Shown in pieces: positions 1 to 12,316 of a stretch of DNA of 44,728 nucleotides. The stretch is from Acidobacteriota bacterium (GTDB taxonomy: Bacteria > Acidobacteriota > Thermoanaerobaculia > UBA5066), in the NCBI GenBank assembly GCA_039934255.1, contig JBDTML010000073.1, positions 1 to 44,728 on the forward strand, written 5' to 3'. A model generated the notes under the pieces. That model was not told the DNA's origin and searched no databases. It was given only the letters and a program-made list of their open reading frames with translations. Position 1 is the stretch's first letter. Every line of letters starts with the position of its first letter. The translations under genes were made by a program, and so were the position numbers.

Positions 1-1
1 G

Positions 2-694
2 AATCCGGTCCTCGGCCTCCGGGGCGTGCGGCTCTGCTTCGCGCGGCCCGAGATGTTCTCGACACAGCTGCGCGCGCTGCTCGCGGCCGCGGCGGGGGGC
101 AACCTGCGCATCCTCGTCCCGATGGTCTCGGGAGTCGAGGAGATCCGGCGCGTGCGGACACTTCTGAAGGAAGCGCGCGAAGACGTTCTCGAACGGGGGA
201 TCTCCGTGCCCGACGACATCCCGCTGGGCGCGATGATCGAAGTTCCGTCGGCGGCGATGACCGCCGACCTGCTCGCGCCCGAGGCCGATTTTCTCGCTCT
301 CGGCACGAACGATCTCATCCAGTACACGCTCGCCGTCGACCGCGCGAACGAAACCGTCGCGGACCTCTTCCGGCCGACTCACCCGGCGGTGCTCCGCCTC
401 GTCGCGCGTGTCGCCGAGGCCGCCCGCAACGCGAAGAAGCCGCTCTCCGTATGCGGCGAGATGGCCGCGGACCCGGCTCTCGTCGTGCTTTTCCTCGGGC
501 TCGGAATCCGCGAATTCTCGATGGGGCCGCGCACCGTTCCGGTGGTCAAGGAGTTCCTGCGCGGGATCTCGATCCCGGATGCCGAACGCGTCGCCCGCGC
601 GGCATTCTCGCTTTCCACGGCCGACGAGGTCGCGGCGTTCCTCGCGCAGGAACTGCGCGATCTCGAGAGAAGCGCCGCCGGAGTGCGCGCATGA
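2..694 (+). CDS. ptsI: PTS enzyme I (phosphoenolpyruvate-protein phosphotransferase), C-terminal part; 5' truncated by the window
   Basis: Frame open from base 2 (NPVLGLRGVR); motifs GAMIEVPSAA, LGTNDLIQYTLAVDR and SVCGEMAADP are characteristic of the EI C-terminal domain. Confidence 0.95.
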   Translation, partial: NPVLGLRGVRLCFARPEMFSTQLRALLAAAAGGNLRILVPMVSGVEEIRRVRTLLKEAREDVLERGISVPDDIPLGAMIEVPSAAMTADLLAPEADFLALGTNDLIQYTLAVDRANETVADLFRPTHPAVLRLVARVAEAARNAKKPLSVCGEMAADPALVVLFLGLGIREFSMGPRTVPVVKEFLRGISIPDAERVARAAFSLSTADEVAAFLAQELRDLERSAAGVRA

Positions 695-1074
695 GCGAAC
701 CGCTTTCATCGCGCCGTCCCCGGATCGTGCCGAAGCCCTGGGGCGAGGAGCGGATCTTCGCGGAAACAGGGCGATACGCCGGCAAGTTGATCCTGATCCG
801 CGCGTCGGAATCGCTCTCTTACCAGTATCACAACCGCAAGGAAGAGACGATCCACGTGCTCGAAGGAACGCTTGGGCTGGAGCTCGAGAGAGAAGGCGAG
901 AGAGCGGACCTTCGGCTGGGCCCGGGGGAGACCTTTCACGTGACCCCGGGGACGCGCCACCGAATGTATGCGGAAGGCGCCGACTGCCTTCTGGTTGAAG
1001 TCTCGACGCCCGAGCTCGACGACGTCGTCAGGCTCTCGGACCGCTACGGGCGGGAAGGAACGACCAAGCCATGA
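691..1074 (+). CDS. Cupin-domain protein (mannose-6-phosphate isomerase-like cupin)
   Basis: ATG at 691 overlaps the ptsI stop (ATGA); KPWG, LSYQYHNRKEET, HRM and EVSTPELDDVVRLSDRYGR are typical of small cupins. Confidence 0.85.
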   Translation: MSEPLSSRRPRIVPKPWGEERIFAETGRYAGKLILIRASESLSYQYHNRKEETIHVLEGTLGLELEREGERADLRLGPGETFHVTPGTRHRMYAEGADCLLVEVSTPELDDVVRLSDRYGREGTTKP

Positions 1075-1778
1075 AGTGCAGGATCGGGGCCCCACTTCTC
1101 ATCCTCGCCGTTCTTTGCTCGTTCCGGGCGGACGCTCAGACGGCCGCTCTGTCCGGGCTGGCCGTCGAACCGACTCCGGCCTCCGCGACGTCGCTCACGC
1201 CCACACCAGCCCCGGCTTCGTCGCTGTCCGGAGGAAAGACGGAGATACCGGGTGCCGCACGTGGCAGTTCCCTCGCGGACGTCGTGAAGCTGTCGAAGGA
1301 GAATCGCAAGGACCAGCGTCCGAAGAAGTCCCTCGGGGCGATCACGAACGACTCGATCCGGAAGGGCGCGTCCCCGACGCCGGCCTCCGGGAAGGGAGCA
1401 ACGGTAAGAGCGACCCCGGGCAAGCCCGCGAAGAGCGCGGCCTCGCCGACGCCCGCACCCGTCGCCTCTGACGCCCCTCGCGACGACAAGGGCCGGAATG
1501 AAGACGACTGGAAGACCCTCATGGCCCAGAAGAAGGGCCTCGTCACCAATGGAGAGGCTCGTGTGCGGGAACTCGAAACAAAGTCGAAGCAGCTCGAGAA
1601 CGATTTCTACGCGATGAGCGACGGCAACCGCCGGGATGCCGTCGTGAAGCCCGCCTGGGACCGCGCCCGCGAAGACCTGACGAAGGCCCGGCAGGAGCTC
1701 GAGGACGCGCGGAGGGCCGTGGACGACCTCCAGGAGGACGCCCGGAAGTCGAATACCCCGCCCGGTTGGCTGCGGTAA
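1071..1778 (+). CDS. Hypothetical secreted protein with Pro/Thr/Ala linker and C-terminal coiled coil
   Basis: Signal-peptide-like N-terminus (..FRADA-Q), low-complexity linkers, heptad-rich C-terminus ending PPGWLR; ATGA overlap with the cupin gene. Confidence 0.75.
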   Translation: MKCRIGAPLLILAVLCSFRADAQTAALSGLAVEPTPASATSLTPTPAPASSLSGGKTEIPGAARGSSLADVVKLSKENRKDQRPKKSLGAITNDSIRKGASPTPASGKGATVRATPGKPAKSAASPTPAPVASDAPRDDKGRNEDDWKTLMAQKKGLVTNGEARVRELETKSKQLENDFYAMSDGNRRDAVVKPAWDRAREDLTKARQELEDARRAVDDLQEDARKSNTPPGWLR

Positions 1779-1809
1779 GTTCGCTCGGACGTCCTGCTAA
1801 GCTCCCGTG

Positions 1810-3252
1810 GTGAGAGAGCTCTCGCTTCCCCGAAAGGCCCGAAGCGTTTTCGTGGAGACGTGGGGCTGCCAGATGAACGTGCTCGACGGGCGGCGATTCG
1901 TCGGGCTCCTCGGGCGCGAGGGAATCGTCGAGGCCGGCTCGGCCGAGGAGGCCGACGTCGTCCTTCTCAACACGTGTTCGGTGCGCGACAAGGCGGAGCA
2001 GAAAGTCTACGACCGGATCGGCCGCCTCGCGAAGCTGAAGCGCGACCGTCCGGGGATGGTCCTCGGAATCTGCGGCTGCGTCGCGCAGCAGGAAGGGGAG
2101 AGCCTTCTGGAGCGGCTCCCTCTCGTCGATTTCGTCCTCGGCACGGGGCGCATCGAAACCCTCCCCTCGGTTCTGCGCCGGGTGGACGAAGAGGGCGACC
2201 GGCCCTGCGAGACGGGCTTCGACCCGGACGAGGTTGTCTACACACCGGGCGCCGTCGCGCACGCGGTTCCGTACCGCGCGGGAATCACTGTGATCGAGGG
2301 CTGCAACAAGAACTGCACGTTCTGCGTGGTGCCCCGCACCCGCGGCCGCGAGCGCAACCGCCGGCTGCGCGACGTCGTGGACGAAGCGCGCGGCCTCGTC
2401 GAGGCCGGCGCCCTCGAGATCGAACTGCTCGGGCAGACCGTAAACGCGTTCCGGGATCCCGAGACCGGCGAGGATCTCGCCGACCTTCTGCGCGCGGTCG
2501 GTGAGCTGCCGGGAATCCGGCGCCTGCGCTTCGTGACGTCCCATCCACGCAACTTCTCGGACCGGCTCATCGCCGCGATGTGCGAAACACCCGCTGTCGT
2601 CGCGGCGCTTCACTTGCCCGTGCAGTCGGGCTCCGATGCGGTTCTCAACCGGATGAAACGTCAGTACACCCGGGCGGAGTATCTCCATCTCGTCGCGCGG
2701 CTCCGTGCAGAGGTCCCCCGCCTTGCCCTTTCGACGGACGTCATCGTCGGGTTTCCGGGCGAAACGGAGGCCGACTTCGTCGAGACGCTGTCTCTCTTCG
2801 AAGAGGTTCGTTTTGCCGGCGTCTTCTCCTTCACGTACTCGCCGCGACCGCTGACGGCGGCACTTCGGTGGGAGCACGATGTGACGCCGCAGGAGGCCTC
2901 CCAGCGCCTCCTGCGCCTCGAGGCGCTTCAGCAGGGCATTCAAAGGGAACTGAACCGCGCTCTGGAGGGCCAGACGCTCGAGGTACTCGTGGAGGGCCTC
3001 GACCGCAAACGGCGCAACAGCTCCGGCCGGTCGCGCTGTGGCCGCGTCGTGAACATCGCGGGAGAATCGAAACTCGCGCCTGGGACTCTCGTGGACGTTC
3101 GGATCGAACGGGGATTTCCGAATTCTCTGCTCGGAAGAAGACGGGAGAAGACTCAAGACAGGGACGAGGAAGAGATTTCGTTGAAAGGCACTTCCGGCGA
3201 CCGATCTCCCGCCGAAGTTGCGTTTTCCTTCGGCGCGCAAAATCTACCCTAA
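1810..3252 (+). CDS. miaB: tRNA-2-methylthio-N6-dimethylallyladenosine synthase MiaB (radical SAM)
   Basis: ETWGCQMN, LNTCSVRDKAEQK, CGCVAQ, CNKNCTFC radical-SAM motif, LHLPVQSGS and a TRAM domain; start is GTG 1810 or 1807. Confidence 0.93.
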   Translation: MRELSLPRKARSVFVETWGCQMNVLDGRRFVGLLGREGIVEAGSAEEADVVLLNTCSVRDKAEQKVYDRIGRLAKLKRDRPGMVLGICGCVAQQEGESLLERLPLVDFVLGTGRIETLPSVLRRVDEEGDRPCETGFDPDEVVYTPGAVAHAVPYRAGITVIEGCNKNCTFCVVPRTRGRERNRRLRDVVDEARGLVEAGALEIELLGQTVNAFRDPETGEDLADLLRAVGELPGIRRLRFVTSHPRNFSDRLIAAMCETPAVVAALHLPVQSGSDAVLNRMKRQYTRAEYLHLVARLRAEVPRLALSTDVIVGFPGETEADFVETLSLFEEVRFAGVFSFTYSPRPLTAALRWEHDVTPQEASQRLLRLEALQQGIQRELNRALEGQTLEVLVEGLDRKRRNSSGRSRCGRVVNIAGESKLAPGTLVDVRIERGFPNSLLGRRREKTQDRDEEEISLKGTSGDRSPAEVAFSFGAQNLP

Positions 3253-3309
3253 ACCATTCTAAAAAAATAAGTTAACGGCTGTCTAGACGCGCCATCTGCG
3301 GCGCTCGCC

Positions 3310-3338
3310 TTGCATTCGGCTCTCTCTCTACCTAGATT
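3310..3338 (+). promoter_or_regulatory. Putative sigma70 promoter of the DUF151 gene
   Basis: TTGCAT (3310-3315), 17 nt, TAGATT (3333-3338); AGGAG SD at 3346-3350 precedes TTG 3359. Confidence 0.55.
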
Positions 3339-3358
3339 GAGTCTTAGGAGAATTCAAT

Positions 3359-3844
3359 TTGGCCGTCAGGATGGACATCAAGGCTCTGATCGTGGATCCG
3401 ATCGCAAACATGCCGGTCGTGATCCTTCGGGATGAAGAGGAAAAGAACTTCCTTCCGATTTGGGTCGGGATCTTCGAGGCCAACGCGATCGCGCTGCAGA
3501 TGGAAGGCGTCACGACGCCGAGGCCGATGACCCACGATCTCTTGAAGAACCTCATCACGCAGATCGAGGGAGATGTCTTGCGCGTCGTCATCAACAACCT
3601 CAAGGAAAATACGTTCTACGCACAGATCCATCTCCGCGTCGCGAACCGCGAGGTGCTCGTCGACAGCCGCCCGTCCGACGCGATCGCGCTGGCGCTGCGG
3701 GTCGCCGCTCCGGTGTTCGTGGAGGAGTCGGTCCTGGAGAAGAGTCGCAGCGGGGAAGACACCTCGGACGCACAGAACTCCGAGCGTCTTCGAAAGTGGC
3801 TCGAGGAAGCCGACCCGGACACGCTCAGCAAGTACCGGATGTAG
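3359..3844 (+). CDS. Bifunctional nuclease family protein (DUF151/BFN)
   Basis: PVVIL, LPIWVGIFEANAIA, PRPMTHDLL and DSRPSDAIALALR motifs; TTG start with SD. Confidence 0.92.
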   Translation: MAVRMDIKALIVDPIANMPVVILRDEEEKNFLPIWVGIFEANAIALQMEGVTTPRPMTHDLLKNLITQIEGDVLRVVINNLKENTFYAQIHLRVANREVLVDSRPSDAIALALRVAAPVFVEESVLEKSRSGEDTSDAQNSERLRKWLEEADPDTLSKYRM

Positions 3845-3872
3845 TTTTCGGGGTCCGGCACGATTTTCGTCC

Positions 3873-3901
3873 TTGATGCGCTCTCGAGCCCCCCGTATCA
3901 T
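3873..3901 (+). promoter_or_regulatory. Putative sigma70 promoter of the parAB operon
   Basis: TTGATG (3873-3878), 17 nt, TATCAT (3896-3901); 15 nt upstream of the parA ATG, no SD. Confidence 0.55.
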
Positions 3902-3916
3902 CCGCGACTCCATCAA

Positions 3917-4678
3917 ATGATCATCACCGTTGCGAACCAGAAGGGCGGCGTCGGGAAGACCACGACGGCGATCAATCTCGCCGCTGCGCTAGCCCAGAAG
4001 GGCCTCCGCACACTCCTCGTCGACCTGGACCCGCAAGGCAATTCGACCATGTCCTTCCTCGACCGCAAGGATGTGGACAAGTCGATGTACGACGTCCTGA
4101 CCGACCCGAACGTTTCGGTATTCGACATCATCAAACCCACGAAGCTGCCGAAACTCACCGTCGCTCCGGCTCGCATCTCGCTCGCAAAAGTCGAGTCCAA
4201 GCTCCTGGGAGAGATCGACGGCCACTTCAGGCTGAAGGACAAGTTTCAGGTCGTTCGGGAATCCGGGGAGTACGACGCCATCCTCATCGACACGCCGCCC
4301 ACGCTCGGCATGATCACGGTGAATGCGCTCGTCGCCTCCACGCACATCCTGATTCCGATCCAGTCATCCTATTTCGCGCTGGAGGGAACGGACGACCTGC
4401 TCGAGACGATTGAGAAGATCAAGAGCCGTCCGAATCCGAATCTCCAGATCCTCGGCGTCGTGATCACGCTGCACGACAAGCGCACGACCTTGGGAAAGGA
4501 CATTCAGGGCCAGATCGAAGGTGTCTTCAAAGGCAAGCTGTTCAAGACGACGATTTCGAAGTCGATACGCCTCGAGGAGTCGCCCGCGTACCGAGAATCC
4601 ATCTTCACGTTCGCTCCGCGTTCGTCAGGCGCGCTCGAGTACTACAGCCTGACGGAGGAGATACTTTCCCGTGTCTAA
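3917..4678 (+). CDS. parA: ParA/Soj family partitioning ATPase
   Basis: Deviant Walker A (ANQKGGVGKTTT), VDLDPQGN, IDTPP and IRLEESP. Confidence 0.93.
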   Translation: MIITVANQKGGVGKTTTAINLAAALAQKGLRTLLVDLDPQGNSTMSFLDRKDVDKSMYDVLTDPNVSVFDIIKPTKLPKLTVAPARISLAKVESKLLGEIDGHFRLKDKFQVVRESGEYDAILIDTPPTLGMITVNALVASTHILIPIQSSYFALEGTDDLLETIEKIKSRPNPNLQILGVVITLHDKRTTLGKDIQGQIEGVFKGKLFKTTISKSIRLEESPAYRESIFTFAPRSSGALEYYSLTEEILSRV

Positions 4679-5582
4679 GCGCCGTGGCCTTCCCGAAACC
4701 TCGCGTATGCGGCACGACTCGCACTTCGTCGACCAGCTCGTTCGCGCCGACGAACTTCCGGTCGGGCGCCGCATTCCAATTCACCTCATCGAAGCGAATC
4801 CGGATCAGCCCCGGAGTGTCATGGGAGACCTCTCGGAGCTCACGAAGTCCATCGTCGATAAGGGCGTTCTCGAGCCCATTCTGGTCCGCCCCCGCGGCGA
4901 TGGGCGTTTCACGATTATTTCTGGAGAGCGTCGATTTCGAGCCTCCCTTGATGCGGGTCTCGCTGAAATACCGTGCATTGAAATGGACGTCCCGGATAAC
5001 GAGCTTCTCGAAATCGCACTCATCGAGAATCTACAGCGCAAGGATCTCAGCCCATTCGAAGAAGCGGAGGGGTACCGGGCTCTTCAGGAGCGCCACGGAT
5101 ACACGCATGAGCAGGTCGCGGATGCGGTGGGGAAGTCGCGTGTCACGATCACCGAGGCGTTGTCCATCGCGCGACTGCCGGATCGTGTCCAGGCCGAATG
5201 TCGGCGCGCCGACATTGGCTCTCGATCCTTCCTCCTGGAGCTCGGACGCCTCAAGGACGAGGACCTAATGCTCGCTGCCGTGGCGGAAATGGCGGGCGGC
5301 GAAGGCTTCAGTCGCGACGCCCTTCGGGAGGCGAAGAAGGACGCCCGCCGAGGAACCGGAGCAGGCACAAAACTCGGTGGGCTCAAGAAGGCGTACTCGC
5401 TCGACTTCAGTCCGGCGAACAGGAACTACAAGGTCAGTCTCGTCCTCAAGGGGCGCATGCACAAGAAGGACGAGATCCTCGAAGCGATCAGGGATCTCGC
5501 ACGCCGGATCGAGGCAGGAGACATCGACCTCGAGACGCAGGGCCGCTTCGTGAAAGTTAAAGCGAAGAAGAGAACTTCTTAG
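4671..5582 (+). CDS. parB: ParB/Spo0J family partitioning protein (divergent HTH region)
   Basis: NPDQPR, GVLEPILVRP, ISGERRFRA (CTP-binding box), ENLQRKDLSPFEEA and an HTH; overlaps the parA stop. Confidence 0.9.
   Translation: MSKRRGLPETSRMRHDSHFVDQLVRADELPVGRRIPIHLIEANPDQPRSVMGDLSELTKSIVDKGVLEPILVRPRGDGRFTIISGERRFRASLDAGLAEIPCIEMDVPDNELLEIALIENLQRKDLSPFEEAEGYRALQERHGYTHEQVADAVGKSRVTITEALSIARLPDRVQAECRRADIGSRSFLLELGRLKDEDLMLAAVAEMAGGEGFSRDALREAKKDARRGTGAGTKLGGLKKAYSLDFSPANRNYKVSLVLKGRMHKKDEILEAIRDLARRIEAGDIDLETQGRFVKVKAKKRTS
5197..5216. repeat. Perfect 20-bp palindrome inside parB; candidate non-canonical parS site
   Basis: AATGTCGGCG|CGCCGACATT; the 16-bp core TGTCGGCGCGCCGACA has the length and TGT..ACA ends of canonical parS. 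The palindrome is certain; the parS role is inferred. Confidence 0.55.
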
Positions 5583-5600
5583 GAAGAGAATCCGGACTAG

Positions 5601-5626
5601 GACTTCTTAGAACAGGAGAAGAGGGG
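5601..5626 (-). repeat. Copy of dispersed purine/pyrimidine-asymmetric motif
   Basis: Reverse complement CCCCTCTTCTCCTGTTCTAAGAAGTC; shares TTCTAAGAAGTC exactly with the copy at 10472-10495. Confidence 0.6.
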
Positions 5627-5746
5627 CTCCGCACGCGCGCTCGGTTGCGGCTAAATACTTACACTCCGGGGCGCGTGAACCCGCTTCGATCCTTTTATTG
5701 CTTCCCGAATGGGTCGCCTTATCTTTTCTGGTTGCCGGCACCAGTT

Positions 5747-5774
5747 ATTTAACATAATAAATATTATCGGACAT
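5747..5774 (-). other. dif: dif site (XerC/XerD chromosome dimer resolution site)
   Basis: Minus strand ATGTCCGATAA-TATTTA-TTATGTTAAAT, an 11-6-11 layout; the XerD arm is identical to E. coli dif (TTATGTTAAAT); intergenic AT-rich island in a GC-rich genome. Confidence 0.9.
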
Positions 5775-5818
5775 TGCGTTATGGCGTAAGAATCGGGATT
5801 ACTCGGCTACGATCTGCC

Positions 5819-10430
<4,612 letters not shown>

Positions 10431-10448
10431 CCGAAAAGCATATCACAG

Positions 10449-10466
10449 GATCATGCTTTCCTGATA
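10449..10466. promoter_or_regulatory. Candidate SahR operator overlapping the sahR promoter
   Basis: ATCA-N8-TGAT (ATCATGCTTTCCTGAT, 10450-10465), just upstream of an extended -10 box TGaTATGCT on the minus strand (10437-10445). Confidence 0.5.
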
Positions 10467-10471
10467 CCAAG

Positions 10472-10495
10472 CCCTCTTCCCTTCTAAGAAGTCTC
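10472..10495 (+). repeat. Copy of dispersed purine/pyrimidine-asymmetric motif
   Basis: CCCTCTTCCCTTCTAAGAAGTCTC in the metK-sahR intergenic region. Confidence 0.6.
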
Positions 10496-10509
10496 CCTTT
10501 CGCCTCTGC

Positions 10510-11676
10510 CTACGCGGTCGCGGGAACCGCCGCCCTGAACGCCGCCGCGAGCGCCGGAGCCTTGTCGGTGCGTTCCCATGTGAACTCGGGAAGGTTGCGG
10601 CCGAAGTGTCCGTAGGCTGCCGTCTTGCGGAAGATGGGCCGCCTCAAATCGAGAGACTCGATGATCCCCTGCGGCGTGAGCTTGAAGTTATCCCGCACGA
10701 CTTGCGCGAGCACATCCGGATCGACGTTCGAAGTTCCGAACGTCTCGACGAGGACCGACACCGGGTCGGCGACGCCGATCGCGTACGCGAGCTGAACCTC
10801 GACCTTGTCGGCGAGGCCGGCCGCCACGATGTTCTTCGCGATGTAGCGCGCCATGTAGGAAGCCGACCGGTCCACCTTCGTCGCGTCCTTGCCGGAAAAT
10901 GCGCCGCCGCCGTGCCGCCCGTAGCCGCCGTAGGTGTCGACGATGATCTTCCGGCCCGTGAGGCCCGTATCGCCCTGAGGGCCGCCCGTGACGAAACGGC
11001 CCGTCGGGTTGATGTGGAATTTCGTCCTGTCGTCGAGAAGGGCCGCGGGAACGACCGGCCGGATGATCTCTTCGCGAATCGCCTCGCGGAGTTCGGGCGT
11101 CGGAACCGACTCGGCATGTTGCGTCGAAATCACGACGGCTTCCACGCGCACCGGCCGGTCTCCCTCGTACTCGACCGTCACCTGGCTCTTGCCGTCGGGG
11201 CGAAGCCACTCGAGCGACTTCGATTTGCGGGCGTCGGCGAGGCGCATCGTGAGCTTGTGCGCGAGCGTGATCGGGAGCGGCATGAGCTCCTCGGTCTCAC
11301 GCACGGCCAGGCCGAACATGAGGCCCTGGTCGCCCGCCCCGCCCGTGTCGACGCCCATCGCGATGTCCGGTGACTGTTTGTCGATCGTCGAGATCACGGC
11401 GCACGTCTCGTAGTCGAACCCGTACTTCGCGCGCGTGTAGCCGACGTCTTTGATCGTCTCCCGCACGATGCCGGGGATATCGACGTACGTCTTCGTCGTG
11501 ATCTCGCCCGCGATGAGCGCCAGCCCCGTCGTCACCAGCGTCTCGCACGCGACACGCCCCATCGGATCATCTTTCAGGATCGCGTCGAGGATGGCGTCCG
11601 AAATCTGGTCGGCGATCTTGTCCGGATGGCCTTCGGTCACGGATTCCGACGTGAAGAGACTGTGGCGCTTGCCCAT
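10510..11676 (-). CDS. metK: S-adenosylmethionine synthetase
   Basis: [30 protein letters not shown] and GGGAFSGKD; GGAG SD before ATG 11676. Confidence 0.97.
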   Translation of the reverse strand: MGKRHSLFTSESVTEGHPDKIADQISDAILDAILKDDPMGRVACETLVTTGLALIAGEITTKTYVDIPGIVRETIKDVGYTRAKYGFDYETCAVISTIDKQSPDIAMGVDTGGAGDQGLMFGLAVRETEELMPLPITLAHKLTMRLADARKSKSLEWLRPDGKSQVTVEYEGDRPVRVEAVVISTQHAESVPTPELREAIREEIIRPVVPAALLDDRTKFHINPTGRFVTGGPQGDTGLTGRKIIVDTYGGYGRHGGGAFSGKDATKVDRSASYMARYIAKNIVAAGLADKVEVQLAYAIGVADPVSVLVETFGTSNVDPDVLAQVVRDNFKLTPQGIIESLDLRRPIFRKTAAYGHFGRNLPEFTWERTDKAPALAAAFRAAVPATA

Positions 11677-11726
11677 GTTTCTACGCTCCAAAGCCGCAGT
11701 GCGGCGAGGCGTGAGTCTAGCAGGCG

Positions 11727-12314
11727 TCAGGGTCGAAAAATGAGGAGGCGCGTCGTGCCGTAACGGCGGCGATCGGCGGGCTCCAGACCCGACGGCCGGT
11801 AGACCTCGTCGTCACCCCGTTCGTGAAACAGCCATCCCCCGGGGCCGACGAGCGAGAGGAGAAGCTGAAGATCGGATTCGGAATCTTCCTTGAAAGGGGG
11901 ATCGTGCAAGATCACGTCAAACGAGGCGTCCGGCGGCGCGACGGCGTGGCTCGCGGCCGGGACGACACCCCCCCGAACCGCGGTTCTTCCCTCTTGCCCC
12001 TTCGAAGAAAAACGGGCCACGGACATCTCTTCGACGCGGGCCCTGGTCCCCGCGCCCAGGGCCGCCACATTCCCCCTCAAAGAATTCGCGACCTTCCTGC
12101 CGGATTCGACGAACGTCGCGTGCGCCGCGCCCCTCGAGAGCGCTTCGAGGCCGTACGCGCCCGACCCCGCACACGCGTCGAGGACTCGCGCGCCCCGGAT
12201 CGTGTCGCCGAGAATGTCGAACACGGCCTTGCGCGCGAGCTCGGTCGTCGGGCGGATGCCTTCGGGGACCTCGAGCTTCCGTCCGCGCCACACGCCTCCC
12301 GTCAGGCGGACCAC
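11727..12314 (-). CDS. rsmD: 16S rRNA m2G966 methyltransferase RsmD-like
   Basis: [40 protein letters not shown] and RRYGTT; GTG start at 12314. Confidence 0.85.
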   Translation of the reverse strand: MVRLTGGVWRGRKLEVPEGIRPTTELARKAVFDILGDTIRGARVLDACAGSGAYGLEALSRGAAHATFVESGRKVANSLRGNVAALGAGTRARVEEMSVARFSSKGQEGRTAVRGGVVPAASHAVAPPDASFDVILHDPPFKEDSESDLQLLLSLVGPGGWLFHERGDDEVYRPSGLEPADRRRYGTTRLLIFRP

Positions 12315-12316
12315 GT

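Noticed and set aside
932-947. TTTCACGTGA, a partial canonical parS inside the cupin gene
   Set aside because: Only the central 10 bases match and the TG/AACA ends are absent; compatible with chance in coding sequence.
1543-3240. Long antisense or alternative-frame ORFs (also 6761-9394, 13649-15799, 26051-27766, 28580-30412, 31667-33373)
   Set aside because: Shadow ORFs of well-supported genes in high-GC DNA; Arg/Pro-rich with no recognisable motifs.
11677-11726. Possible SAM riboswitch before metK
   Set aside because: The leader is only about 40 nt after a TGcTAGACT box and has just a 5-bp hairpin (GCCGC-ACT-GCGGC); no SAM-I, SAM-II or SAH consensus is visible.
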